A DNA stretch of 64,000 bases, taken from positions 186,001-250,000 of the forward strand of contig JBLDXI010000059.1 in the NCBI GenBank assembly GCA_047495785.1, given 5' to 3'. How positions within the stretch are numbered: position 1 is the first letter of the stretch; every line of letters starts with the position of its first letter. A program made the position numbers and the translations under genes. The notes under the pieces are model-generated. The model had not been told where the DNA came from. It did not search any database and saw nothing but the letters and a program-made list of their open reading frames with translations. This stretch comes from Lepidodermella squamata. Taxonomy: Eukaryota > Animalia > Gastrotricha. Shown here piece by piece: positions 63,615 to 64,000 of the stretch.

Positions 63615-63681
63615 TTATTCTTCTCGCCAATTTTGACGTTTAATTTCACGACTAATCTTGAAACAACAACCTACAACTGCT

Positions 63682-63934
63682 ATGTCTGTCTCAATTTCGT
63701 CGTCGAGCGATGTTGAGCCGCTCGATCAAGTCTCGCCCGAGCCTACCCCCGCGTCTAAACGTGGTAAATGTGGTAAGTAACCGTCGAAGAGCGAGGGCAG
63801 TGGCGATGAGGGTGACAAGATGGAAGACAAGAAGAAGGGCGAGCATTGGTCGTTCGCCGATCTGAAGATGTTTCTGTCCGAAGGGCGTTATCCTGCTTGG
63901 ATTTTGGCAATACCTGAAGCTCAAAAACGTAAAG
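63682..63934 (+). pseudogene. First exon of a disrupted gene, possibly a Ginger/GIN-type integrase
   Basis: MSVSISSS...GK*PSKSEG...LKMFLSEGRYP...KRK followed by donor AAG|GTAGGC; the in-frame TAA falls within a possible GTAAGT donor; truncated by the window edge. Confidence 0.3.
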
Positions 63935-64000
63935 GTAGGCGTTTTTAATTTAATATTGTGCCATCTACGTGTAGAATTTGTAATTGTTTTCGTATTTAAT

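Overview
Eukaryotic (animal) genomic DNA from a gene-dense, compact genome with mostly 42-70 nt GT-AG introns. A C-type-lectin-headed contactin suggests a protostome invertebrate, but the species cannot be determined from the window. Spliced gene models I can support by hand: ARM-like protein (runs off the left edge), BTBD9-like, POC1, condensin CAP-G, PAPS transporter SLC35B2, pinin, poly(A) polymerase, ZFPL1, ninein-like, an orphan His-rich membrane protein, ATF6, RPS21, cystathionine gamma-lyase and contactin. Between and inside these lie an IRG/IIGP-like GTPase pseudogene, a dead P-element/THAP9 transposase in a nest of MITEs, LINE remnants, tRNA-like cassettes, and a decayed antisense gene inside a CAP-G intron. 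The most notable signals are: (1) head-to-tail gene pairs with almost no spacer and an apparently unpaired splice acceptor just before the ATG (RPS21->ATF6, POC1->CAP-G), suggesting operons resolved by trans-splicing; (2) a strongly over-represented 11-mer TTAAGGTGGAT that tends to sit just upstream of 3' splice sites; (3) a small spliced, TATA-driven locus with overlapping short ORFs, one ending in a polybasic CaaX box; (4) the orphan His-rich protein ending KDAEL. All family calls come from remembered motifs; no searches were run.
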